From Candidatus Omnitrophota bacterium (GTDB lineage: Bacteria; Omnitrophota; Gorgyraeia; Pluralincolimonadales; Pluralincolimonadaceae), in contig JBAZJG010000006.1 of NCBI GenBank assembly GCA_041651455.1, positions 25,409 to 89,408 on the forward strand: a stretch of DNA of 64,000 bases, written 5' to 3'. The translations under genes and the position numbers were made by a program. Below are positions 55,649-64,000 of this stretch, one piece after another. How positions within the stretch are numbered: the stretch's first letter is position 1; every line of letters starts with the position of its first letter. The notes under the pieces are model-generated. The model saw only the letters and a list, made by a program, of their open reading frames with translations. It was not told the DNA's origin and made no database searches.

Positions 55649-57037
55649 CTAGTTGGGTTTCTTGCCTACCCTCGGAGGCTCTACTACATCGCAGCCCTTC
55701 GCCCATAATTCCTTGAGGGCGTAGTATGCCTTCTTCGGGATCCTCTTATTGACACCGTTCTCCTTCTCGAGGCTCATGCCGACTATGCCGTACCATTCCT
55801 CGTTCATGTTCATGTGGCCTTCGACCTCGATGTCGAAATAATAGGCGCCGTTCGTCCAGCCGGCTGTCTCATCCTGGACATACCAGCTCGCGGGGTTCGC
55901 GGCATCATGCTTCCACCACTCGTCGTTCCATTCGAATATGCACCCGCCGAGCACTGTGCCCTTGCCGGTCTTGCCGCAGGTGTTCCTGAGAATCTCCTTC
56001 CACTGCGATATAAGGAACTTAACCTGTATATCCTCATCCTCTTTTTTGGTCAGCGCGTTATACCTGTCGCAGCCGAACTCAGTCAGGACTATCGGCTTGC
56101 CGAACCTCTTGTTCGCCTGCTCCCATGTGTTGCCGAAGCTCATGCCCCTGTAGGATATGAGCCCGAGTATGTCTATATCGGGAGTCACCGTGCTGGCAAC
56201 ATCGAGGAAAAAGACCTCGCCGTTGCCCATCGCAACCGGATGGTTCGGGTCAATCTTTTTGATCTCCTTCGCAATGTCGTTAACGAAGCTGTAATACAGT
56301 TTCGCTTTCGCGTTCGCTCTCTCCTTCGGGTCTTCTATGCTGTCGAGCTCGTCGGAACCCCACGGAGCGATCTGGTCGTCGAAACTGTAATTATTCTCGT
56401 TGCCGAGGAGCCAGAAGAGTATCCCGGGCTCGTCCTTATAGGCCTTAACGATACTGAGGACCTCTTCCTTCACCTGCTGCCTGTAGCCCTCATCGGCGTA
56501 GTTAGGCGGCGGTATATCATAGATGCCGAGGTTATGGCCCATTATAGTGCGGATGCCGAACCTGCTGTAGAGGTCGGAAAGGACCTGTTTCGTTTCCTGC
56601 TGGCTCTCTCCCGGCTGGTAGAAACGCACCGTATTTATCGAGGCGTCCTTCATCAGCTGCCCGTCCACAAGCCACGGCTTGGTCGGGTCGCCCCACCAGT
56701 TATAGGTATAATCCTGCCCCGGAGGGACCGGCTGGTAGCAGACGCCCATTACCACATAGGTCTCGCCGTTTACGACAAGACGGAAATGGCCGTTGGGCAT
56801 CTTCTCGACGAACGTCTTCTTGCCCTTTGCCGCGGGTTTTGAGGACATCTTGCTGAAGAGGAAACATCCGCCTATCATGAATGACATCAACAACGCCAGC
56901 AACAATAACAGGTAAAACCCTTTCTTGCCATCCTTGCGCTTGTGGTGATGCGCATGCGCGGTGTGGTGGCCATGGTGATGCGCCCCCTGCCCCGCGTGGT
57001 GCTCGTGATGCTCGTAGCGTAAGTTATGTTGATCCAT
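55649..57037 (-). CDS. GH2-like TIM-barrel glycoside hydrolase (catalytic domain only) with His-rich N-terminus and TM/signal anchor
   Basis: 462 aa. Motifs FWLLGNENNY (acid/base region), VLTEFGCDRYN (nucleophile region), GGCIFEWNDEWWK (compare LacZ GGFVWDWVDQ). N-terminal HHEHHAGQGAHHHGHHTAHAHHH then a hydrophobic anchor. Paralog of 59668..61659. Confidence 0.55.
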   Translation of the reverse strand: MDQHNLRYEHHEHHAGQGAHHHGHHTAHAHHHKRKDGKKGFYLLLLLALLMSFMIGGCFLFSKMSSKPAAKGKKTFVEKMPNGHFRLVVNGETYVVMGVCYQPVPPGQDYTYNWWGDPTKPWLVDGQLMKDASINTVRFYQPGESQQETKQVLSDLYSRFGIRTIMGHNLGIYDIPPPNYADEGYRQQVKEEVLSIVKAYKDEPGILFWLLGNENNYSFDDQIAPWGSDELDSIEDPKERANAKAKLYYSFVNDIAKEIKKIDPNHPVAMGNGEVFFLDVASTVTPDIDILGLISYRGMSFGNTWEQANKRFGKPIVLTEFGCDRYNALTKKEDEDIQVKFLISQWKEILRNTCGKTGKGTVLGGCIFEWNDEWWKHDAANPASWYVQDETAGWTNGAYYFDIEVEGHMNMNEEWYGIVGMSLEKENGVNKRIPKKAYYALKELWAKGCDVVEPPRVGKKPN

Positions 57038-57047
57038 TTTTTATTCT

Positions 57048-57659
57048 TTACTCGTAATAGATATCGTCAAAATAAATCGTGAAACCGTCCGGGTTATCCG
57101 CAGCGCTCGCTGCCCAACAGAACCCGCCCGAAATATAGGTCAGGTCTTTGCCCGTAAGGTCGATGACATATTCCTTCCACTCCGGCGTGAGCGTCAGCGG
57201 CCCGATAGAAGCGGTATCGGTATCCGCGTACTCACCGGTAATGCCTCCTGTCTTTACCTCGGCAAGCACTTCGCCGCCCTTGCCGCCCCTGGCCCAGAAG
57301 ACCAGTTTCTTGGCACCTGTCAGGTCGAAACCGCCCGATTTCATGCCCCAGTTGTTCGCGGGATTCTGCCAGTAGATGCCGCACCAGCCGGCTCCCTGTT
57401 TCTGTTCGCCGGTGCAGGTTATCTTGATGCAGGTCGTACCTTCGTGCGGGTTCTCCTTCCATCCGGTGTCAAGCTTGATATCGCCATAATCGCCCATCCA
57501 GCCGGAGGGGATATAATGGTTATCGCGCGATGACCTGTCGGCATAAACATTGAACTTCTTGAACTCGGCATACGAAACGCCTGCCGCGCTCACTAACAGG
57601 ACTAACGCGGCAATAATTAATACTGACTTTCTCATTACATTACCCTCCTTGTTCTCCAC
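57048..57659 (-). CDS. Tandem paralog 1 of a ~200-aa secreted beta-sandwich (putative carbohydrate-binding) protein
   Basis: 203 aa (probable start M9, MRKSVLII...). Signal peptide. Conserved core EFKKFNVY...NHYIPSGWMGDYGDIKLDTGWK...TTCIKIT...QKQGAGWCGIYWQNPANNWG...FDLTGAKKLVFWARG...GGITGEYADTD...EWKEY.IDLTGKDL..ISGGFCWAASAADNPDGFTIYFDDIYYE. Confidence 0.6.
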   Translation of the reverse strand: MENKEGNVMRKSVLIIAALVLLVSAAGVSYAEFKKFNVYADRSSRDNHYIPSGWMGDYGDIKLDTGWKENPHEGTTCIKITCTGEQKQGAGWCGIYWQNPANNWGMKSGGFDLTGAKKLVFWARGGKGGEVLAEVKTGGITGEYADTDTASIGPLTLTPEWKEYVIDLTGKDLTYISGGFCWAASAADNPDGFTIYFDDIYYE

Positions 57660-57660
57660 T

Positions 57661-58248
57661 TTACTCGTAGATTATATCGTCAAGATATATCGTAAAGCCG
57701 TCCGGGTTAGAGGCGGCATTTGCCACCCAGCAGAAACCTCCCGCTATCGAGGAAAGGTCCTTGCCCGTCAGGTCTATCGAGTATTCCTTCCAATCGGACG
57801 TAAGCGTGATCTCGGACGTGCCGGCGCAATCGCTATCCGCATATTCGCCCGTGATGCCGCCGGTCTTGAACTCGGCTATCTTCTCTCCGCCCTTCGCGCC
57901 CTTCGCCCAGAAGACGAGCTTTGTGGCCCCCTTCAGGTCGAAACCGCCCGGCTGCGTGCCCCAGTTGTTCGGGGGATTCTGCCAGTATACGCCCGCCCAG
58001 CCGGCGCCCTGCTTCTGATCGGCGGTGTATGTCACTTTGATGCAGGTCGTGCCGGAATGCGGCGCATCCTTGCTTCCGGTATCGATCTTGATATCGCCGT
58101 AGTCGCCCATCCATCCCGAAGGAGTGTAATGGTTGTCCCTGGCGGTCTTTTCCGTATATACGTTGAACTTCTTGAATTCGCCGTAAGCCAGTGAAGCGGC
58201 GCCGGTAAAAACAGCCAGCGCAAGCAACAATGCCCCTGCCTTTTTCAT
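57661..58248 (-). CDS. Tandem paralog 2 of secreted beta-sandwich protein
   Basis: 195 aa. Same architecture, about 75% identical to paralog 1. Separated from it by 1 nt. Confidence 0.6.
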   Translation of the reverse strand: MKKAGALLLALAVFTGAASLAYGEFKKFNVYTEKTARDNHYTPSGWMGDYGDIKIDTGSKDAPHSGTTCIKVTYTADQKQGAGWAGVYWQNPPNNWGTQPGGFDLKGATKLVFWAKGAKGGEKIAEFKTGGITGEYADSDCAGTSEITLTSDWKEYSIDLTGKDLSSIAGGFCWVANAASNPDGFTIYLDDIIYE

Positions 58249-58284
58249 CTGCGATCCCCCTTTTTTTCGCGAAGCTGATACGGT

Positions 58285-58890
58285 TTATTGCGCTTTTTCG
58301 AAATATATGTCGTCCAGGTATATCGTGAACCCGTCCGGGTTGTCCGCGGCGCTCGCGGCCCAACAGAACCCGCCCGAAATATGCGAGAGGTTCCTGCCCG
58401 AAAGGTCAATCGAATACTGGTTCCAGTCCTTGGTAAGTACTATATTCTCTATCGTGGCCGTGTCCGAATCGGCGAATTCCCCGGTGATGCCGCCGGTCTT
58501 GAACTCGGCTATTTTTTCCCCGCCCTTCGCGCCCTTCGCCCAGAAGACGAGCCTCGACGCGCCCGTCAGGTCGAAACCGCCCCGCTCATTTCCCCAGTTA
58601 TTCGGGGGATTCTGCCAGTACATCCCGGCCCAACCCGCACCCTGGCTCTGCTCGGCGCTGTAGGTTATCTTGATGCAATTCGCGCCCGAATGGGGCCCGT
58701 CCTTGCATCCGGCATCCAGTTTTATATCCCCGAAATCCCCCATCCATCCGGAAGGAAAGAAATGATTGTCCCTGGCCGTCTTTTCGGTATAGACGTTGAA
58801 CGACTTTGTGTCGGCGCCCGGAGAAGCCGTGCCCGACGGCGCGCACGAAACAATGAACGCGGCCAATATCATGACTGCCGAAAACCTCAT
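58285..58890 (-). CDS. Tandem paralog 3 of secreted beta-sandwich protein
   Basis: 201 aa. Same conserved core. Different N-terminal region (Cys-containing signal, possible lipoprotein: IVSCAPS). Confidence 0.6.
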   Translation of the reverse strand: MRFSAVMILAAFIVSCAPSGTASPGADTKSFNVYTEKTARDNHFFPSGWMGDFGDIKLDAGCKDGPHSGANCIKITYSAEQSQGAGWAGMYWQNPPNNWGNERGGFDLTGASRLVFWAKGAKGGEKIAEFKTGGITGEFADSDTATIENIVLTKDWNQYSIDLSGRNLSHISGGFCWAASAADNPDGFTIYLDDIYFEKAQ

Positions 58891-59038
58891 CTCAAATCCC
58901 CCTTCTACCTTATTAGATGCTCATGGCCCGGGAAAGGTTTACACCTAACACTTTTAAAGAGCCGGCGCTTCTTTTTCAAGAAGCGCCGGGATCCCTGCTT
59001 CTTCGTTTACCTATTATACCCCTTAATTACCCTACGGT

Positions 59039-59650
59039 CTACTCGTAATATATGTCGTCAAAGTAGATCGTGAACCCTTCCGGGTTGTCGGCCGCGCTCG
59101 CCGCGAAGCAGAAACCGCCCGATATATACGAGAGGTCCTTGCCCGTAAGGTCTATCGAATACTCTTTCCATTCCGGCGTCAGCGTCAGAGGGCCTATAGA
59201 CGCGGAATCGGTATCGGCATACTCGCCCGTGATACCGCCCATCTTGACTTCCGCCAATGTGCCTACCTGGGTCTTGGAGATCATCTCTCCGCCCTTCTCG
59301 CCCCTCGCCCAGAAGACAAGCTTCTTGGCGCCGGTCAGGTCGAAACCGCCCGGTTTGCTGCCCCAGTTATTCGCGGGATTCTGCCAGAAGATACCGCACC
59401 AGCCGGCTCCCTGCTTCTGTTCGCCCGTGTAGGTGATCTTTATACAGGTCGTACCCGAATGCGGGTTATCCTTCCATCCCGTATCCAGCTTTATGTCACC
59501 CCAGTCGCCCATCCAACCCGAGGGGATATAATGGTTATCCCTCGCGCTCCTCTCGGAGTAAACGTTGAACTTCTTGAACTCGGCGTACGTGAGGCCGACC
59601 GCGCCGGCAAGTACCGCCAAGGTCACTACCGCCACCACTAACTTCTTCAT
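59039..59650 (-). CDS. Tandem paralog 4 of secreted beta-sandwich protein
   Basis: 203 aa. About 88% identical to paralog 1, with an 8-aa insertion (ISKTQVGTL). Confidence 0.6.
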   Translation of the reverse strand: MKKLVVAVVTLAVLAGAVGLTYAEFKKFNVYSERSARDNHYIPSGWMGDWGDIKLDTGWKDNPHSGTTCIKITYTGEQKQGAGWCGIFWQNPANNWGSKPGGFDLTGAKKLVFWARGEKGGEMISKTQVGTLAEVKMGGITGEYADTDSASIGPLTLTPEWKEYSIDLTGKDLSYISGGFCFAASAADNPEGFTIYFDDIYYE

Positions 59651-59667
59651 TGCTCAACCCCCTTTCG

Positions 59668-61659
59668 TTATTTTGTCCAATTCTCTTTGTACCAGAAGTA
59701 CGCTTTCTTCAGATGCCTCAAGAACGGACTGTCCGCACCGTCTCCCTGGCTTGCGACGCCAAGGTACTCCTCGTGGAGCCATCCATCCGGGAACGGCCCC
59801 CTGAAATTGCCGGGTATCCTTGTCTTTGCCTTGTAATCCCAGCCTTCCCAATCCTGTTTTGCCGGGTCAAGCTGCGGCGGAGGACCGGCCTTCCACCATT
59901 CATCCACCCACTCGAAGCAGACTCCTCCCAGAGCGTTGCCGTATCCGGAGCCCGCCATATTGTATTCGATATCCTCCCAGTTCCCTTTATGGTATTCCGC
60001 CTGCAGTTCCTCGCCCTTCTGCGGGTCATCCTTTATATAAGAAGGGCAGCCGTATTCGGTTATTATCGACGGCCTGTCCGTCATGTCCTTGACGTCTTCC
60101 CAGTAGGTCCTTCCGAACCCGTTCGGCCCGCGGTATACGTTCGCGCCGAAGACGTCCACATCCGGGCAGTGTTTCGCGAAATAGTTCAGGTAGACCGTTT
60201 CGCCGTTGCAGATAGCGACCGGGTGGTTGGGGTCTATCGACTTTATCATCTTCGCGACCTCGTTCACGAACGAATAATACGCGTCCGGCTGCAGCTTCGC
60301 ACGGCAGCCCATTCCGGGCTCGACTTCCGGCGTCCCGGGAAAACCGTAATTGTTCTCGTTGCCGAGGACCCACATCAGTATGTAGGGCTCGTCCTTATAC
60401 TCCGTGACGATCTGGCGGACGCTCTCCATCATCTTTTTCTGGTGCTCCGGATTCGAATAATCCGTACCGCTGTACCAGTCGGCCCCCGAGCCCGCCGCGT
60501 ACATGCCGAGGAAATCCCCCATCAGGTACATGAAACCGTACTTCTCGTACCCTTCTTTCAGCAGGTCCCTGTTCGTGGAATGGTGGTAGAGGCGTATCGT
60601 ATTCACGCCCATATCTTTCATCAGCTGGAAATCTCCGATAACGGCCTCATCCGCGTCCTTCTTGTTGTTCTTGTTGGCGTCGATATATGCGTCGAACGGC
60701 CCGTCCGCCTTCCCGCTGTTGTTGAAATCCGCGGTCATCCAGTCGGTCTGCACGTTGAGCGTACCGTTGTCGGGCGAGAGCCCAACCTTGTTCGGCGAAT
60801 ACGCCATGGCTTTCATCGGGAACGGTTTGCCGTCCACGAGGAGCTGCCAGTGCCCGTTCTCGTACTTGACGAGCTTTACGTGCTCTCCGCCCGCTTTCTT
60901 CACTACCTTGAGCTTGGAAACGTCGACCTTAGCCGGGACCACTTCCCCGGGGCTGACCTTAACCAGCCTGCCCGGGTTTATCATGAACTTGTCGTTGGAT
61001 ATTTCGTTATCGTAGGAATTCTCTATCGTTATCTTCGCGTCAACAAGTTTTATGCCGAGCTCGGGATGCGTCCTTATGAGGTATTCGAGGTCGTTCAGCG
61101 ACATCTTCGATATGTACAGCGGGGTATGCCAGAACGTCCAGCCGACGGACTTCGGGAAATTCACGAGGACCGCATAATGCGCCTTTATGGCCTGCAGCGT
61201 GTAACCGGCTTTCGCGAGCGCTACGGCGGTATAATGCTGTTTCACCCCGGGTTCTTCGCTCGTCGTGGCCCACTTATAGAAGGTGAGGACCTGGTCGTCG
61301 TTGTTGACGAACTCCCACTGGTTGCCGGTAAGCTTGCCGGTGGCCTGGGCTTCCCTGTAACCAGGGTCCTTATATACGCTCGTGCTGGGATATATCCCTT
61401 CGCCGACGGCGGCGGAGAGGCCCTTCCTGTCCTTGATGGTATACTTATATTGCTCGGTGCCGACTTTAGTGAATTCACCGTATTTCGCGTAGTCGACTAT
61501 CTCCTCGGTCCCGGGGTCGAACAGGGGTTTGATCTCAGCCGCAACCGCACCCTTTGATAAAGGACAGGTTAAAAACGTGATTATCAAAACGCATAAAAAA
61601 CACCTTCTAACCCCCATGTAACCCTCCTCAGGATATCGTGAATATGTTAACAGTAACAT
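59668..61659 (-). CDS. GH2-like TIM-barrel glycoside hydrolase with N-terminal accessory beta-sandwich domain(s)
   Basis: 663 aa. Signal peptide. Motifs MWVLGNENNYGFPG, IITEYGCPSY, GGVCFEWVDEWWKAG shared with 55649..57037. Confidence 0.55.
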   Translation of the reverse strand: MLLLTYSRYPEEGYMGVRRCFLCVLIITFLTCPLSKGAVAAEIKPLFDPGTEEIVDYAKYGEFTKVGTEQYKYTIKDRKGLSAAVGEGIYPSTSVYKDPGYREAQATGKLTGNQWEFVNNDDQVLTFYKWATTSEEPGVKQHYTAVALAKAGYTLQAIKAHYAVLVNFPKSVGWTFWHTPLYISKMSLNDLEYLIRTHPELGIKLVDAKITIENSYDNEISNDKFMINPGRLVKVSPGEVVPAKVDVSKLKVVKKAGGEHVKLVKYENGHWQLLVDGKPFPMKAMAYSPNKVGLSPDNGTLNVQTDWMTADFNNSGKADGPFDAYIDANKNNKKDADEAVIGDFQLMKDMGVNTIRLYHHSTNRDLLKEGYEKYGFMYLMGDFLGMYAAGSGADWYSGTDYSNPEHQKKMMESVRQIVTEYKDEPYILMWVLGNENNYGFPGTPEVEPGMGCRAKLQPDAYYSFVNEVAKMIKSIDPNHPVAICNGETVYLNYFAKHCPDVDVFGANVYRGPNGFGRTYWEDVKDMTDRPSIITEYGCPSYIKDDPQKGEELQAEYHKGNWEDIEYNMAGSGYGNALGGVCFEWVDEWWKAGPPPQLDPAKQDWEGWDYKAKTRIPGNFRGPFPDGWLHEEYLGVASQGDGADSPFLRHLKKAYFWYKENWTK

Positions 61660-61714
61660 GCCTTTTGCGCCTATACAATTATACCTTTTAAGCGCATAAA
61701 ATCAATACAAGACG

Positions 61715-64000
61715 CTATTGGCCCGGCCTAAGGACCGCCCTTCCCCAGTACCTCGAATTCCTGTCGTTGTCCTCGGCTCCGTTCCATATCAGCTGGCATT
61801 CCCTGGCGCCCGTACCGTCGGCATCATCAAGAGCCACGTCAAGCGCGAGTTCCCTGCCCGCGGTAAAATCGTCGTACCCGAAGTTTCCGGTCGAGATCCT
61901 CGCTTCGATGATATAGCCAGTCTCGGTCTTCCTGACGGCTATATCGGAATCCTCCGGAGCGGCATTCCTCGTCCCCCTGCCCGACTGTCCGTATATCCAC
62001 ATCGTCTCATTGGCCCCTAACACCGCCTGGAAATCCCTCGAGGAATAACCTTCCTTCGGGAGGTTGTCCGGGTCCGAGCTCAGGAAGAGCTCCAGCGCGT
62101 CGCCGTTCCGGATATTATGGCGTGACCTGCTGTTGACCATCGGCATGTCGTCCTTGATCTCCGCGAGGATGTAAATGTTATCCTCGTCCCAAAGCAGCTT
62201 CACCCTGCCCGACAGGTCCCTGTCGCCCGCGCAATCCCCAGACTTCAATACCGGTTTACCGGCACGTGAGCTGTCCATATATATGACGGAGGCTCCCGAC
62301 CATTCGTCCCCGGCCAGGCCGTCGACCTGCACCCGCTGTGCGGTATGCTTTATTTCATAAGGAGGCCTTTCGTAGACCTTCACTTCCGCCCTGAACTTCT
62401 CCTTGAGCGACTTGTCCTCGGAGACATTTATGTGCTTCAGGCCTACAGCCCTCTTTCCTCCGGCAGTCACGGCAACGGCAAACACCGAAAATATATTGTC
62501 ATCCGTATTATAAGGAAGCGTGAAAGAGGACTTATATGCCCCCCACGCGTTCATCTTTGCGGCAAACCTGTTGGATATGCCGTTCCTCATGTCGTTAATG
62601 GAGTAATATATCGCGGCATTGGATGCGGGAGTCAGGGCAAAGGAGACCCCTGGTTTCTGTCCCGCTTTATACGACTGCTTGTCTGTCTTTATATCCAGCG
62701 CTGATGAAGGGTCATACATATCATTGCGCGAGGCCTTCGAATAGTGCGGCCAGAAATCCAGGAATACCCTGCTCAGGGCCGCGGTGCGCTCCGTCACGCA
62801 TATTCCGGTGGCACCCGCGGCTATCATCCCGTCCAAAAGCTCTAAAGCCTGCGCGCCCCCTATCCCGCTGACGACCATGGGCCTGTCCTTAGCGTAAACA
62901 TCCTTATACCACCTGGCGTAATCGTACGGCATCAGCCCGCCGGTACCGGATTCCGGCGATACGACACCCGCTATGCCGAACACGGGAAGCTGCGGATAAT
63001 CGCAGCGTTCGCCGTAGGATACGGATACCTCCCTGTCCGGGTCCATCGACTTTGCTTCGTGCGCCGCCGCGACCAGCATGTCCCTTGTTTCCGTAAGCCC
63101 GGAGGCCAGTACCGCGGCCGGATCTATGCCCGCCGATATCGTATAATAGAGTATATTCCCGTGCCGGCGCGACCAGCCGGTTATCTGCTGGATCCGCGCG
63201 ATATCAAGGCCCTGTATGACCATAAGGCCGTTCTTTTCCGCGATTATGATGTCCCTCTCGGAAAGGGGGGATACGGCGGCTATCGTATTGAATCCCGCCT
63301 GCCTGATGCGCGCCATGCCATCCTCCACCGACTTCAAAGAAGGCGTATCGAAACGCGGGTCCTGGCCGGGCCTGTAAGGGTCGTACACCACGCCCTTAAC
63401 GAAGAACTTCTTCCCGCCGACATATATCCAGTTCCCGTTTACCGCGACCTCTTCCTTGCGCGACAGGCGCCCGGAAGACTTCGTCATGACCTTGACCTGC
63501 GCCGGCGCGCTTTCATATCCGTCGCTGTATACCGCCGCCACCCCGTACTCGTGAAATCTTTCCGCCGCGGGCGCGCCTTCCGAATAGAACTGGCCGTCCG
63601 TGGCCGCGATCCTCGAACCGTCCCTGTATATTTTATAGTTCAACAGGAACGGATTATCGGAGGAATCCCAATAGAGGAATACCTTCCCGCCCGAAGAAAA
63701 GCCCTTCAGGCCTTCGACTGCGGAATGGCGGACCTCTTTATGGCATGACAATGCCAGATTATCCAGGTAAACTGCCGATGCCTTCTTGCCCTTCACTATG
63801 ACAGACAGCGATTTAATCCTTTTCTGCCCGAAGACACCGTCCCCTTCCGCGCCTTCCCCGCATGATTCGCGGACAAACAGGTCGAAATCATAATAGAAAT
63901 CTTTCCGCCCGTTCCAGACGTTTTTTATCCACGGCGTCCTGTAGCATTCATTATCGCTGTCCGCCGCCATTATTGCGAACTCGTTTCCGGACATATCCCC
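61715..64000 (-). CDS. Multidomain glycoside hydrolase-like protein (TIM-barrel region plus C-terminal CBM9-like module), N-terminus may extend beyond window end
   Basis: At least 759 aa. First in-window Met at 63994, but no upstream stop is visible inside the window. C-terminal CBM9-like segment (VKLLWDEDNIYILAEIKDDMPMVNSRSRHNIRNGDALELFLSSD) similar to 42522 and the GH26 C-terminus. Confidence 0.5.
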   Translation of the reverse strand, partial: GDMSGNEFAIMAADSDNECYRTPWIKNVWNGRKDFYYDFDLFVRESCGEGAEGDGVFGQKRIKSLSVIVKGKKASAVYLDNLALSCHKEVRHSAVEGLKGFSSGGKVFLYWDSSDNPFLLNYKIYRDGSRIAATDGQFYSEGAPAAERFHEYGVAAVYSDGYESAPAQVKVMTKSSGRLSRKEEVAVNGNWIYVGGKKFFVKGVVYDPYRPGQDPRFDTPSLKSVEDGMARIRQAGFNTIAAVSPLSERDIIIAEKNGLMVIQGLDIARIQQITGWSRRHGNILYYTISAGIDPAAVLASGLTETRDMLVAAAHEAKSMDPDREVSVSYGERCDYPQLPVFGIAGVVSPESGTGGLMPYDYARWYKDVYAKDRPMVVSGIGGAQALELLDGMIAAGATGICVTERTAALSRVFLDFWPHYSKASRNDMYDPSSALDIKTDKQSYKAGQKPGVSFALTPASNAAIYYSINDMRNGISNRFAAKMNAWGAYKSSFTLPYNTDDNIFSVFAVAVTAGGKRAVGLKHINVSEDKSLKEKFRAEVKVYERPPYEIKHTAQRVQVDGLAGDEWSGASVIYMDSSRAGKPVLKSGDCAGDRDLSGRVKLLWDEDNIYILAEIKDDMPMVNSRSRHNIRNGDALELFLSSDPDNLPKEGYSSRDFQAVLGANETMWIYGQSGRGTRNAAPEDSDIAVRKTETGYIIEARISTGNFGYDDFTAGRELALDVALDDADGTGARECQLIWNGAEDNDRNSRYWGRAVLRPGQ

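Noticed and set aside
61660-61714. Imperfect palindrome ATGTTAACAGTAACAT upstream of the GH2-like/paralog operon
   Set aside because: Arms are not truly complementary and it does not resemble the three-site operator motif. Insufficient evidence for a regulatory site.
1-64000. Search for CRISPR repeats, IS elements, integrases and toxin-antitoxin pairs
   Set aside because: No regularly spaced direct repeats and no transposase, integrase or recombinase-like ORFs were seen. The only tandem repeats are the four paralogous genes, which are coding.

Overview
High-GC (about 60%) bacterial chromosomal segment, almost entirely coding, with most genes on the minus strand and frequent 1-16 nt overlaps, so long operons are expected. 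The Lol, Lnt, LptE and BamD genes indicate a diderm. There is a PEP-CTERM protein and a Firmicutes-type McsA/McsB/ClpC module. No phylum assignment is attempted. Left half (1-34 kb) is a co-directional housekeeping block on the minus strand: mlaE (partial), a 598-aa AsmA-like protein, clpC, mcsB, mcsA, ilvE, lolD, lolC/E, lysS, lnt, secA and prfB (with the classical +1 programmed frameshift, which the ORF track splits), then a DUF192 gene and an AT-rich ~1.8 kb island (TPR and membrane proteins). This is followed by a CheY-like regulator, an MGMT domain, a truncated UvrC, murJ, rpsT (plus strand, TTG start), holA, lptE, a BamD-like gene, PilZ, comEC, a PPIase, comEA, leuS, nfo, tRNA-Ala(GGC), and on the plus strand nfeD, an SPFH gene and an unannotated tRNA-Leu(CAA). 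Middle (34-42.5 kb) looks like one operon headed by a consensus sigma70 promoter: an unannotated 53-aa zinc-ribbon ORF, thyX, ECF sigma, zinc anti-sigma, DUF1805-like, a lipoprotein alpha-acetolactate decarboxylase, MFS, a KimA-like APC transporter and a 4-TM CHASE/PAS sensor with no transmitter domain. Right part (42.5-64 kb) is a glycan-utilisation region. It holds a CBM9-like membrane protein, GH94, a GntR-HTH/LacI-type regulator, GH26 with a CBM9-like module, a GspK-like pseudopilin, a PEP-CTERM protein, an M48 protease, a HAMP/HExxH chimera, two GH2-like catalytic-domain-only hydrolases flanking four tandem paralogous ~200-aa secreted beta-sandwich proteins, and a partial GH+CBM9 gene. 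A conserved operator-like motif (ACWGG-N2-GTATACCA) recurs upstream of three genes in this locus. No CRISPR array, transposase or integrase was seen. All family assignments are from reading the translated ORFs by eye. No database search was run.
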